Source of the DNA: Squalus acanthias
Lineage: Eukaryota
Assembly (NCBI GenBank): GCA_030390025.1
Contig: CM059432.1
Span: 62,560,001 to 62,624,000 of the forward strand
DNA: 64,000 nucleotides
Direction: 5' to 3'
Shown: positions 1-25,240 of the stretch, piece by piece
How the letters are laid out: each line of letters starts with the position of its first letter
How positions within the stretch are numbered: position 1 is the stretch's first letter
Notes under the pieces: generated by a model
Told to the model about the DNA's origin: nothing
The model's input: the letters and a program-made list of their open reading frames with translations, nothing else
Database searches by the model: none
Made by a program: the position numbers and the translations under genes

Positions 1-46
1 CACCACCCCCCCCCCCCCCCCCCATCGCGAAAATAAGTAGGACGTT

Positions 47-420
47 TACACAAGATGGTTACAGATGAAAGCCATTCGGTCCACCTTTCTTCCATCCAGA
101 AAGACCCTACTATCAACTTAATGTTAAATGATTCCATAGATTTTCCTTCACAGCACTGTCCAGGAATCCATTCCATGAATTGAACACTCCTTGTGTAAAG
201 CATCGCCTAAGATCAGTCCTAAATTTGCCTTTTACTAATTTGAATCTGTTCCCACTTATCCTATTGTCACAGTTTATTTTAAATGAGTATTCAGGATTAG
301 CCTTTTCTATACTCTTAACTATCTTGTACACCACTGTAAGATCACCACTGAGATGCCACCTTTCCACTCAGAAGAGCCCATGTTTCTCGACTCTCCTCAG
401 AATTCTAGCACTGGGAATCA
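47..420 (-). mobile_element. Old CR1 LINE 3' remnant
   Basis: Minus ORF 113-367 (LSGDLTVVYKIVK...GNRFKLVKGKFRTDLRRCFTQGVFNSWN) is the degenerate C-terminal motif of CR1 ORF2. Confidence 0.75.
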
Positions 421-1005
421 GCTTTGTGGGGCTTCTCTACAGAGCTTCACTGTCTCCCTTGTTTCTCAACCACCAGAAGGGGAAGACCAGATTAGCTTTT
501 TATCATCACAACTCCAGACTACCTGTGAGCAACACTAGGAGAGATCTGCTATTTAAAAAAAAAATTAAAATTACTGATTTTAAGCAGCCTACAAATTACC
601 TGTAATCAGAACCATTCTCCTTTAATAAAATCTCAGGGTTGTGACAAAATATAGGCTTACTATTACAGCTTGATCTTCTTGGAGGAGGAGGAGAGAATAA
701 TGAGTGTACCGGAGTAACTAAATAAGTATTATTTTTCATAATTCTGCTCTTGGAAGAAATTGAGAGTTGGAGTGCCAGCAAGAAATGAGAGGTGTTGAAA
801 GTTGCACATTCTTTCTTGTGAATATATAAATTAATTTTTTGCTATAAATGTCAAATTATTTAAATGTTTTAAGGCAAGGAATTTGTGTTATGAATGTTAG
901 TAAAGTGATATTGGTATTTTGACTCTACTCCACATTAAAATCTGTCAAACATGTTTGAATGCATAGCTCAATGTTTATGTATTTTTTCCCATCCTAGTGC
1001 TAAAG

Positions 1006-13245
<12,240 letters not shown>

Positions 13246-13560
13246 AAACAATAGTACTAAGAACTTAAAATCAGTAATGCTTACTTCTGATCTTGGTTAC
13301 TGAAACTGTTTTGCTATTTGGCAGATGTACTTTACATTATTTTGCTTAATTATCCTATAGCCTTTTTTTTGCTTTTGTATTGCCAAGCTTAAGGTAATAT
13401 CTTTTAGCATATTCAAAACCAAGGCAATCAGCTAACACCACTGCCAGAGTTGTAAATAACAGGTTAAAATTTTACACTTTTCATGTATGATGCCATTTTA
13501 GAGACTAAGGAAATGAAATAATGTTGATGAAGTCGTGTAAAATTACTGATTTGTGCTATC

Positions 13561-13566
13561 ATTAAA
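13561..13566 (+). promoter_or_regulatory. Candidate MCM4 polyadenylation signal (ATTAAA)
   Basis: ATTAAA about 315 nt after the stop codon, followed by GT/T-rich sequence. Confidence 0.4.
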
Positions 13567-14249
13567 AGTTTGCATTAACTGCTTTTACTGTGAAGTTTGT
13601 TTGACATGGAGATGGAACCTCTCCACTTTCCAGAATGGAAGACAGAAAACTTCCAAGTAATTTGGATTTGTATTAATGTTAGATTTTAAGCTTGAGCCTA
13701 ATACACAAGATCATTAAAATCCCAAACCTTTACTAATTGTGCCACGTAAATTTGATGTTCCTGCCACCTGATAGAGTTGAGAGACAGAGCACAGACAATT
13801 TGTCAAACTTGATTTTTGGCTGTTGACAATTGCAGCAAAGCCTGTTGTAGGCAGAAGAGATGAGTAACATGAGTAAAATGAATTGGAGCCAGCAGCCACT
13901 CCCTGCTGCATTAGAAATATGAGTAAGCTTTAAAACCTGAAAGCCTAGATTTTCTGATATTAGCAGGTTTTGGACCAACTGAAATGGACGTGTGTTCTTT
14001 GCACCAGTTTTTCATGAGCTTATTAGCATAGTTTTATATGCAACTTTAGACATGTATACAGATTACGCCAGCGTGGAAAATTACAAGCAAATGAAATTTA
14101 ATGGGAATGGGACAATTAAAGGAAAGTGTCACTGGAGATTGACAACATTCTGCAGATCCTCAAAAGGCATCGCAACCGATGAGTGGCTTTTTGCCAAGGC
14201 TGATGGGGCACAGGACTAAGAAGTTACTGGCAAAAACAAAAGGAATGGA

Positions 14250-14900
14250 ATCTATAGGTATAAGTCTGCAGGATAATGATGGTGCAGTGCAGCCCAGCAC
14301 CTAACCCCTATTGATGACAGCCTTGAACTGGAGGTGGTGCTGCTTGAAGTAGGCCATTCCTGTAGGCGAGTATTCCAGCATGCCTGCAGCGCATTGGAAG
14401 CAGATTAGAGGCTCCACCTCAGTGTTACTTTTACTGAATGTACCAACCCTGTGCTGCATGGTAGCTTTAAGTGGCCTTGCAGTTGATGCACTTATTTGCA
14501 TCTAGCATTATACAGTCCCAGAGCTTTAGAAGAAAGTTCCCTATGGTCACTGCAAGTTCGATGTGCCAGAGCCCCTAGAAATAATTGGTAGCATCTTGGA
14601 GGGTGTGGCCAATTAGGATACATTGGTTGCATATCCTGGGATGGCTTCCTCCAGGCAATGCCATTGAAAGTAAGATTTACTGTGATAGATACTTCCTTGG
14701 AAGCACCCTAACTGTATTGTTAGTCAGGTATTTACATATCTGTGGGTCTGCTGTCCCAGCATCCTTTGTATGCAGTGATCATCTACCAAAGTGAAGTGTG
14801 TTTACGTCTGCAGATGTGGATGGTTACAGAGCATCTCTAATGCAACCAAGCCTTTCGTGCCAACTGGCATAAAGGCTCATGAGAGGCTAAGCAGCAGGCA
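14250..14900 (-). pseudogene. Highly decayed Harbinger transposase remnant
   Basis: Minus-strand FQCAAGMLEYSP resembles the FRCLDHSGGALQCMP segment of the element at 61221-61637; a PGGSHP-like segment lies upstream. Confidence 0.4.
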
Positions 14901-15697
14901 GCAACAACTTACATTTATATAGTGCCTTTAACATAGAAAAATGTTTTACAGGTGTGTTATTAAACAAAAAGGAAAAAATGAAGAAACACAGTAAACAAAT
15001 TGCTAAAATAGATTGGCCTGTGACTGACTTTTTTATTATGGTGTCCTTTCCATTTGCTCCAGTCTCTACTGCCACCCAGCAACCCTGGATACCCATTTCA
15101 AATGGGTGTGATTTAGGTTAAACATGCTGCATGCCTGAATGGTGGAAATGGTGCGCAGGATGGACATGTTCTAAATTCGTATTAAATGAAATGCCAGCCT
15201 AGTTGAGGCAGACACTGCTGCTGGTCCCACCCGCTGGAAACATGTTCGTGTATATAATGTGGGCAGAGTTCCGGCGGGGCAGGCCTGCTGCCCAATTTAC
15301 ATCACAACAATCCGTGAGTGGAATAAGAAAATCCACACTGAACAGTGTTTACAAACTAGTGACGCCTAATGAAAATAGGAAAAACGGTATTTGTAATCTT
15401 CAAACCAGCCATTTCAGTCTAGTTATATTTGCTTGTAACACTACATAATCAAGATATTTTGACTAGGCGCTTAGACATTTTAACCAGGAGACCACATTTT
15501 AAATCCCACCCTTAACAATCGCCACATCTGAGTTTCTACTACTTTCTCTGGAGTTGGAATACAAGTGATCTTTTCCCTAACCTTCAGGTGTAAGCCTCTT
15601 GATAGATCAGCTTAGATGGTATCTGGAAATGTACTCTTACATTTTACGTTCACAAATTTGAATCTCAAAATGGGCAGAACAATGGATTTTTAAAAAT

Positions 15698-16560
15698 GTA
15701 TTCATTCATGGGATGTGGGCGTTGCTGGCAAGGCCAGCATTTATTGCCCATTCCCTAATTGCCCTTGAGAAGGTGGTGGTGAGCTGCCTCTTGAACCGCT
15801 GCAGTCCATGTGGTGAAGGTACTCCCACAGTGCTGTTAGGGAGGGAGTTCCAGGATTTTGACCCAGCGACGATGAAGGAACAGGATGGTGTGTGACTTGG
15901 AGGGGAACTTGGAGGTGATGGTGTTCCCATGCACCTGCTGCCCTTGTCCTTCTAGGCAGCAGATGTCACTTGTTTGGGAGGTGCTGTTGAAGAAGCCTTG
16001 ATGAGTTGCTGCAGTGCATCTTGTAGATGGTACACACTGCAGACATGGTGCGCCGCTGGTGAAGGGAGTGAAAGGTATGATTCTGTGAGTGACTATGTCA
16101 GGCTGTTGCTTGACTAGTCTGTGGGACAGCTCTCTCAATTTTGGTACAAATCTCCAGATGTTAGTTAGGAGGATCTTGCAGGGTCGACTGGGCTGCTTGT
16201 GCCTTTGTCCGAATCCAGTGCCTTGGTCAATGCCAGGTCATCCGTATGGTTTTATTCTTATTATTGATTTTTGTAGCAGTTTGATACAACTGAGTGGCTT
16301 GCTAGGCCATTTCAGAGTGTAGTTAAGAGTCAACCACGTTGCTGTGGGTCTGGAGGCACATATAGGCCAGACCGGGTAAAGACGGCAGATTTCCTTCCCT
16401 AAAGGACATTAGTGAACCATTACTGATACTAGCTTTTTATTCCAGATTTATTTAATTAATTGAATTTAAATTCCCCAGCTGCTGACTCATGTCTCCAGAT
16501 TATTAGTTCAGATCTCTGGATCTTATGTCCAGTAACATAACCACTATGCTACCGTACCCC
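15698..16560 (-). mobile_element. Internally deleted non-LTR element: tRNA-like head + 5' region + start of endonuclease + 3' end of the LINE family seen at 55347-56590
   Basis: 15698-16072 aligns by eye with 55350-55745. It then jumps to ELSHRLVKQQPDIV (endonuclease N-terminus) and ends in GGGTACGGTAGCATAGTGGTTATGTTACTGGAC on the minus strand. Confidence 0.7.
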
Positions 16561-16697
16561 GTTGACCTTTTACTTTAGGACCTGGATTTAAATCCGGTTC
16601 TTGGGATGAAAGTCTCTTTCTGCCAGCTGGAAGGATCCAAAATATAATGTGTTTGGATAGTCTCAATATGGTGTATGTTCACAGAAGAATATGCACT

Positions 16698-19600
16698 AAA
16701 CATAGAAGATAGGAGCAGGAGTAGGCCATTCCGCCCCTCGAGCCTGCTCCGCCATTCAATGCGATCATGGCTGATCATCCAAATTCAGTACCCTGTCCCT
16801 GCTTTCTCCCCATATCCCTTGATCCTCTTAGCCTTAAGAAATATATCTAACTCCTTGAATATATTTAATGAATTGGCCTCAACTGCCTTCTGTGGTAGCG
16901 AATTCCACAGGTTCACCACTCTCTGGGTGAAGAAATTCCTCCTCATCTCAGTCCTAAATGGCTTACCCCTTATCCTTAGACTGTGACCCCTGCTTCTGGA
17001 CTCCCCGGCCATCGGGAACATCCTTCCTGCATCTAGTCTGTCTAGTCCTGTTAGAATTTTATAAGTTTCAATGAGATCCCCTCTCATTATTCTAAACTCC
17101 AGCGAATATAAGCCTAATCGACCCAATCTCTTCATACGTCATTCCTGCCATCCCAGGTATCAGTCTGGTGAATCTTCGCTGCACTCCCTCCATGGCAAGA
17201 ACATCCTTCCTCAGATAAGGCGACCAAAACTGCACACAATACTCAAGGTGTGGTCTCACCAAGGCCCTGTACAACTGCAGCAAGACATCCTTGCTCCTGT
17301 ACTCGAATCCTCTCGCTATGAAGGCCAACATACCATTTGCCTTCTTAACCACCTGCTGCACCTGCATGCTTACCTTCAGCGACTGGTGCACAAGGACACC
17401 CAGGTCTCGTTGCACTTCCCCTTTTCCCAATCTATTGCCGTTCAGATAATAATCTGCCTTCCTGTTTTTGCCACGAAAGTGGATAACCTCGCATTTATCC
17501 ACATTATACTGCATCTGCCCAATCACCCAACCTGTCCAAATCATACTGGAGTTTCTCTGCATCCTCCTCACAGCACACACGCCCACCCAGCTTTGTGTCG
17601 TCTGCAAACTTGGAGATATTACATCTAGTTCCCTCGTCTAGATCATTAATATATATTGTGAATAACTGGGGTCCTAGCACCGATCCCTGCGGCACCCCAC
17701 TAGTCACTGCCTGCCACTCGGAAAAAGACCCGTTTATCCCAACTCTTTGCTTCCTGTCTGCTAACCAGTTTTCTATCCAAGTCAGTACCTTACCCCCAAT
17801 CCCATGTGCTTTAACTTTGTACGCTAATCTCTTATACGGGACCTTATCGAAAGCCTTCTGAAAGTCCAAATACACCACATCCACTGGTTCTCCCTTATCT
17901 ATTCTACCAGTTACATCCTCAAAAAATTCCAGTAGATTAGTCAAGCATGATTTACCTTTTGTAAATCCATGTTGACTTTGTCCGATCCTGTCACTGTTTT
18001 CCAAGTGCTCTGATATTACATCTTTTATAATGGACTCTAGCATTTTCCCCACTACCGATGTCAAGCTTACCGGTCTATAATTCCCCGTTTTCTCTCTACC
18101 ACCTTTTTTAAATAGTGGGGTTACATTAGCTACCCTCCAATCCATGGGAACTGTTCCAGAGTCTATAGAATTTTGGAAGATGACCAGCAATGCATCTATT
18201 ATTTTTAGGGCCACTTCCTTAAGTACCCTAGGATGTAGATTATCAGGCCCTGGGGATTTATCAGCCTTCAATCCCATCAATTTCCCTAACACCATTTCCC
18301 TACAAATACTGATTTCATTCAATTCCTCCCTCTCATTAGACCCTATGTTCCCCGACATCTCTGGGAGTTTATTTGTGTCCTCCTTTGTGAAGACAGAACC
18401 AAAGTATGTATTTAATTGGTCTGCCATTTCTTTGTTCCCCATTATAAATTCCCCTGATTCTGACTGCAAGGGACCTACGCTTGACTTCACCAATCTTTTT
18501 CTCTTCACATATCTATAGAAGCTTTTACAGTCAGTTTTTATGTTCCCTGCAAGCTTACTCTCATACTCTATTTTCCCCCTCTTCATTAATCCCTTTGCCC
18601 TCCTTTGCTGAATCCTAAACTGCTCCCAATCCTCAGCTTTGCTGCTTTTTCTGGCCAATTTATATGTCCTCTCCTTGGATCTTATGCTATTCCTAATTTC
18701 CCTTGTTAGCCACGGTTGTGTCACCTTTTTTGTTTTATTTTTATGCCAAACAGGGATGAACAAATTCTGTAGTTCATCCATGCGATCTTTAAATGTTTGC
18801 CATTGCCTATCCACCGTCACCCTTTAAGTAACATTCCCCAATCCATCCTAGCCAACTCGCGCCTCATACCATCGTAGTTTCCTTTATTTAAATTCAGTAC
18901 CCTAGTCTCTGAGTCAACTATTACTTCACTCTCCATCTTAATGAAGAATTCTATCATATTATGATCGCTCCTCCTCAGGGGCCTCGCACAACAAGATTGC
19001 TAATTAATCCTTTCTCATTACATAATACCCAGTCTAAGATGGCCTGACCTTCAGTTAGTTCCTCGACAGATTGGTCCAGGAAACCATCCCGTATACACTC
19101 TACGAATTCCTTTTCCACAGTATTGCTACTAATTTGGTTAGCCCAATCTATATGTAGATTAAAGTCACCCATGATAACTGCTGTGCCCTTATTGCACGCA
19201 TCTCTAATTTCCTGTTTAATGCCATCCCCAACCTTAGCATTACTGTTTGGGGGTCTGTATACAACTCCCACTAACGTTTTCTGCTCCTTGGTATTTCTCA
19301 GCTCTACCCATACAGATTCCACATCATCAGAGCTAATATCCTTCCTTACTATTGTGTTAATCTCCTCTTTAACCAGCAATGCTACCCCACCTCCTTTTCC
19401 TTTTTCCCTGTCCTTCCTGAATATTGAATACCCCTGGATGTTGAATTCCCAGCCTTGGTCACCCTGGAGCCATGTCTCCGTAATCTCAATTATATCATAT
19501 CCGTTTACATCTATTTGCACAGCTAATTCATCCACCTTATTACGAATGCTCCTCGCATTAAGACACAAAGCCTTCAGGCTTGTTTTTTTAACACTCTTAG

Positions 19601-19735
19601 ACCTTTTAGAATTATTGTTTACTGTGACCATGTTTGATTTACACCCTTGATTTCTCTGACTTTCACTTTTGCTTTTCTCCTTCCTGTCTTTTGCTTCTAT
19701 CCTCGCTTCCCTTTCCTCTGTCTCCCTGCACAGGT
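16698..19735 (-). mobile_element. Young CR1 LINE (HER1-like), nearly full ORF2 with a few frameshifts
   Basis: ORF 18975-19781 is the APE endonuclease (LNARSIRNK, TETWL, VYRPP, MGDFN). ORF 17504-18820 is the RT ([28 protein letters not shown]). ORFs 17092-17607 and 16785-17135 are the C-terminus. Confidence 0.97.
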
Positions 19736-19948
19736 AAATTGGTAATTTCAAATAGAAAGGCTGTAATGATGGCTGGTGCAAGAAATGGGTGCAGTTGGAC
19801 TCTGCGGTTTCAAGATACTGAGAGGTTCCTTTTCAAGATAAATATTTAACATTCAAATAATTAACAACATTTAAAACTTAATTACATCGAGTTACACAGA
19901 ATTCACAGCACAGGAACAGGCCATTTGGCCCAACTGGTCTATGCTCCA

Positions 19949-20412
19949 CATGACGTATGAGGAGAGATTGGGTCGATTGGGCTTATACTCACTGGAGTTT
20001 AGAAGAATGAGAGGGGATCTCATTGAAACTTATAAAATCTAACAGGACTAGACAGACTAGATGCAGGAAGGATGTTCCCGATGGTCGGGGAGTCCAGAAC
20101 CAGGGGTCACAGTCTAAAGATAAGGGGTAAGCCATTTAGGACAGAGATGAGGAGGAATTTCTTCACCCAGAGAGTGGTGAACCTGTGGAATTCGCTACCA
20201 CAGAAGGCAATGGAGGCCAATTCATTAAATATATTCAAGAAGGAGTTAGATATATTTCTTAAGGCTAAAGGGATCAAGGGATATGGGGAAAAGGCAGGGA
20301 CAGGGTACTGAATTTGGATGATCAGCCATGATCTCATTGAATGGAGGAGCAGGCTCGAGGGGCGGAATGGCCTACTCCTGCTCCTATCTTCTATGTTTCT
20401 ATGTTTCTATGT
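19949..20412 (+). mobile_element. CR1 3' end (about 460 bp), same subfamily as 16698-19735, opposite orientation
   Basis: ORF 20072-20311 is nearly identical to 16785-17135; ends in (TTTCTATG)n. Confidence 0.95.
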
Positions 20413-21169
20413 CACACACCAAAACATGATGAAATTCTAAGTACTACACTTTGGGGTTCTTTCTAATTACAAGCCCACCCTGCCTATAAACCGAAGCTTA
20501 ACCTTATGCACGAAGTATATGAGATAGCGTACTGCAGGATAAAGAATTTACCCTTATACTGATGGATTACACACTAGAAATAGATTACCATCATATACTC
20601 CTGGAGGAGGTTATGATAGAGACAAGACTAAAAACAGGTTAAGCTGGAAAGTTTGATTTTTAAAGTTGAACTCCATTTTTCATTCCCTTCTCCATCCCTT
20701 GACAACAAGGGTTTAGTTACGAAGATTTTCAATGAATTTATCATAAACAAAGCAAAGCCTGTGATCTCACTGCCCCCTGTTCCATCTCTATCCTGCTCCC
20801 TGTCAAGTTCTGGACTTGGCAAAAAAATGCCACCCCTGGGTTAGGTACTGGGTGGGAGTTGGCATCCGTAAAATCATAAAACATGACACAAAAATGTCTG
20901 TACAGGTTAAAGTCACAAACAATATTCTGTGCAACTGTGACTGCAACTTTCTGTATCTCTTCATCCTCCTTGATCTTTTTTCCACTTTTGACAATATTGA
21001 CCACTCCATCCTCCTCCAACTGGACCGAGTACTCAGGCTTTGGTTTCAACTGTACAGTTTTAGTATGATATTTTCTGACTTGTACTCTACTGATTTGACT
21101 ATATAGTTTAGTATTCTATTTGCTTTTTTGATTTCTGCTCGATAGTGAATAGACATGTAAAGCGCCAAG

Positions 21170-21760
21170 TCAATTAACACCCCACATCTCTTTCAACGTC
21201 ACCGTTAGCTATTTGAACACTATTCATGGAGTACATGCCCATTTTTCTTCCAGTATGCAATACTTTACAACTTTTAACATTGAATTTTATCTGCCATTGG
21301 TCTGTCCACTTACAGAGTTTATTTATCTCATTTTGTAGGTCCTTGACTGCCTCTTCTGATTCAGCTGCCTCCTCTAGTTTTGTATGAATTGCAGATTTGA
21401 CCGGAATTTCTGAATCCAGGTCACTAATAGATATTACAAATAATAGGGGTCCTAATCCTAAAGCCTGGGGGACTCCACTCAGTACTTTCCCATCCAGGCA
21501 TCTCTTTCCTAACAATTACCCACTGACTACTTTACTACTTTGTACGCTTCAGCCAATTTATTTTCCATTTCCAGGTTTTACCTTTAGCCCTTTTCATTTT
21601 AACCTTTTGTGACTGATGGACACTGCAAGGAGCTTTTGTATTTATTTCTCCCGATTGCAGTATTTTAATATCATACTTTTTTTTAGAAACACTCTTTTAA
21701 GCTTTTGTAGCAGACTTTTGTCAAAGGCTTTCTGGAAGGCCAGGTCACTGAAGGGATAAT
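21170..21760 (-). mobile_element. Old CR1 RT remnant (continues at about 23210-23560)
   Basis: Minus ORFs contain LSGVPQALGLGPLLF, FQKAFDK and DVPREWKRPNIVPI. Confidence 0.7.
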
Positions 21761-23600
21761 TACAAGTCCTAGTCCTTTTTGGGCTACCCCAGATCAGGCA
21801 TATTCCCCAGATGTTCACCTTCAACTAAAGTTAAAGATAGCTGAATCCTAGAGACGCTTAATTGGGTCTAAAGGTCAGACTACCTCTCCCTAAAGGAAAG
21901 GAATGACATGAAGATGTTACCATCTTCCGGATAGCACTTTTAACAAGTTTAACTAGACTGTAACCTTCCGGATATTATGAGGGTCCGGAATACCCCCCAG
22001 AATTCTGCAACTCCTTTGAGTGTACAGAAATTGAGTTTGTGAGTTTATACAGAAATACTCTGTGAGACAATTCTAAAAATATATAGATTTATTAAAGAAC
22101 CGACATTTAGTTAACAGCTGTTATGGCAATCGCAACTTTAACCTTTCAAAATACAAATAGCGTACATTTCTTATCCGAGATCCTTATTCTCAAATCTTAA
22201 CTTTGTTACATTTCCACACTTCTACTTATTTCTTAATCCAGAATATCCACCAAAATCAAACACCTTGATTACCCGAGACTCAGAGTTAAAAACTTACAGA
22301 GCGTGCCTGTGAAGTTGCCAGCGATTTCTGACTGTCCATTTGAAAAGCTCTTATATTTATATCTTTTTTTGGTGGTTTATCCTTTGAAGTTTTCCTGCTG
22401 ATGTAAGCTAATTGTCTCAAGTCATTCTTTGCTGACTTTCTTCTATTCTTTACTGTCATTTCAGCTGTTAGCTTTTAGAATCCTGCCTCCTGTTTAGGTG
22501 TTTCAAAAACCATCATAAAATGGTTATTATTGATTTATCTATTTGATGCTATTCTTAGGAAGTCTTTCTATTGAATTTCTAATATCACTTAACTACTTGT
22601 AAGCCAGACGTCGTGTCTCCTAACTATTCCATTTTCAATACAAACACAATGTAATTGCTTGGTGTCATCTATTGATATTATATTTTCAAAGCCTTCCTAT
22701 TTGTACCTTTTACAACTTGTAAACACTTCATCTAGGGTGTTCCATGCATTTCTTATTTACTTCAATTGGTTGTATTAACAATCATGTCTCCTGTTTCTAA
22801 GTTTAACATAAAACTATTTTATGGCAGTTATTTCTTTTACTTGATGTCATTTTTTCAAAGGCACTTGGTTTTTTTAATGTTCTGTGCTCCTGTTCGACGT
22901 GTTAGATTTTGACACTTTACTTGGGTCATTCCATTGTGTTGGTTCCAATGTTGAGACATAGAGGAACTTCCAGCCTGCTGTTTCAATAGGGCCTTGTCTT
23001 TGTATTTACAAACATTTCCCATTTCAAAGCTTGTGGTGTTTTACAGCTTTGTGTTAACAAACCATTTTATCTCATAAGCCTGTATTTCTGTTTTACGGAC
23101 TGTGTCGCCAAGGCTTTCATATTTTTAACCCGTTTATCATGTTTTAATATTATCAAATCTGTTTATAGGATGATGTATTTCTTGGAATATGGCTATTTCC
23201 TGCACATCACAACATCATAAAGATTTCCTCAGTCCAATTGATATGTCAAATAATCAAGTCAAGGAGGTTGGTGAGCCAGAATCTTCCTTTTCTGAAACTG
23301 CGTTGGCTGCTGTTTATAGACAAACCCCAAGTTTATGCCACCTGTTATTGATGTAAAGCTAATGATTTGTTTTGTCATCATATCTTTTAAATGGGTACGA
23401 TGTTAGGTCGTTTCCATTCTCGTGGGACATCCCTGGCATTCATCAACTCCTTCATAACTGTCAGTATCCAATAAATCTCAACCTGTGTCTCTCTTAGTAC
23501 ACTGGAATATATATCCATTCCTAGGATTAGTTGTTTCAAGCCCTTATAGGATATCCAACTGATTGACATATAAGTTATTAAGCCTACTTTCATTATATTT

Positions 23601-24056
23601 GTGTCAGTCATGGCTCAGTTGGTAGCACTCTGTGACAGAAGGGTGCAGGTTCAATTCCCACTCCAGAGACTTAAGCACAAAAATCTAGGCTGATACTCCA
23701 ATGCAGTACTGAGGGAGTGCTGCACTGTTGGTGGTGCTGTCTTTTGGATGAGACATTAAAGCAAGGCCCTGTCTTCTCTCTCAGGTGAATGTAAAAGATA
23801 CCATGGCACTCTTTCAAAGAAGAGCAGAGGAGTTATCCCCGATGTCCTGGCCAATATTTATCCCTCAATCAACATCACTATAAAAAAGTTTATCTGTTCC
23901 TTATTGCATTGCTGTTTGCAGGAGCTCGCTGTGCACAAATCTGCTGCTGCGTTTCCTACGTTACAACAGTGACTACACTTCAAAAGTACTTCATTGGTTG
24001 TAAAGCACTTTGGGGTGACCTGAGGTCGTGAAAGACACAATATAAATGCGTTTCTT
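23601..24056 (+). mobile_element. DeuSINE copy
   Basis: Colinear with 2172-2641, including the A and B boxes. Confidence 0.85.
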
Positions 24057-24299
24057 TATATTTTATTGCACCAAGCATGCCACTAGTGTCTTTCTGGTAA
24101 ATATGTGTAGGAAGCAATCATCGACTATATCAGCTACTTTAATATTCATCTTCAGTTTCAGTCCCATTAGCATCATGTACATACTCCAATATTAGAAAAT
24201 GTGAAATGTGTTTGGAACTGGTGAGGGGAAAGACAAAATTGAAAATAATAACACGCTGGATTGGGCTAGACATGGGGAAATGTTGGAAGTGAGATTGCT

Positions 24300-24445
24300 A
24301 TTTATTTTATGTGGGCGTCGCTGGCAAGTCCAGTCTTTCTTGCCCATCCCTAGTTGCCCTTGAGAAGGTGGTGGTGAGCAGCCTTCTTGAACTGCTGCAG
24401 TCTGTGTGGTGAAGGTCCTCCCACAGTGCTGTTAGGTAGGGAGCT
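24300..24445 (-). mobile_element. Short 3' fragment of the LINE family at 55347-56590
   Basis: GCCCATCCCTAGTTGCCCTTGAGAAGGTGGTGGTGAGC shared with 15750 and 55400. Confidence 0.8.
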
Positions 24446-24574
24446 TTGAAAAGACTGAGACTGATCATAATACATTTAAATAAGGAGCTATGTCGATTTT
24501 TTTTTCAAGCTGTAATCAAAGTAGGTCACGATTAAAACCGAAGAAATGAGTGGAAAGTTGGCAGGTGTGCAAGA

Positions 24575-25240
24575 GTAACGCAGCCGCAGTGATCCGGATG
24601 GGGGGGGGAGGGGAAGGTCAGCAGCCGCACATGCGCACACGGCTCCCGGCCCGGAAGTGACGCGCGCGGCTATATGTGCGCGCTCGCGATCGTCACGTGA
24701 GGGCGGCGGTGGCGGCGCCGGCTTTTCCTTGGGCTCCGACAAAGATGACAGGCTGCCGAGGTCCGAGGGGAGACGGGGGGTAACGCGCGGCCCAAGGACA
24801 CACGCAGCCATCTCAGCACCAGTGTACCGTGTCCGGGGCAGGCTTCATTCTGGAGTGTGTGAGCTTGGGGGCTCCGAGCGGGGCTGGGCTGGTCTCTGGC
24901 CATGCTCGGCGCCCGGCCCGGCCGTTCAGTCACCGCCGGAGGTGGGTGGGGAAGAAGGCCTGAGGGTCGACGAGAGTCTGTAACCTGAGAGCCGCGGCTC
25001 TCGCTCACCGTTCAGGCGCTGCCCGGCCTCGCCCTGCCCTGCCTGCCCGGGCCTGACTCTTTCTCTCTCTCCCCCCCCCCCCCCCCCAGCAGGGTGTGGG
25101 CCGCTCAGTGTGGGACTGGGAGCGGGAGGAGGCCAGGTTGAGGCGCTGTTGAGCGGGCGCTGGCCCCCAGCTCGCTCCGACTGTTGCCTTTCAGACCGGA
25201 AGCTGCACGCTGTGTGCTTGGTTTGTGTGGCGGTGACTCC
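24575..25240 (+). promoter_or_regulatory. CpG-island promoter of UBE2V2
   Basis: Abrupt GC/CpG-rich island with ETS/GABP motif CCGGAAGTG (24651), E-box GTCACGTGA (24692), NRF1-like GCACATGCGCAC (24627) and GC boxes. Confidence 0.85.

Noticed and set aside
1..1000. PRKDC or the MCM4/PRKDC bidirectional promoter
   Set aside because: Expected upstream from vertebrate synteny, but no CpG island or PRKDC exon is visible in the window.
17504..18820. 438-aa RT ORF as an active or domesticated gene
   Set aside because: Piece of a CR1 ORF2 broken by frameshifts on both sides and lacking ORF1/5' UTR.
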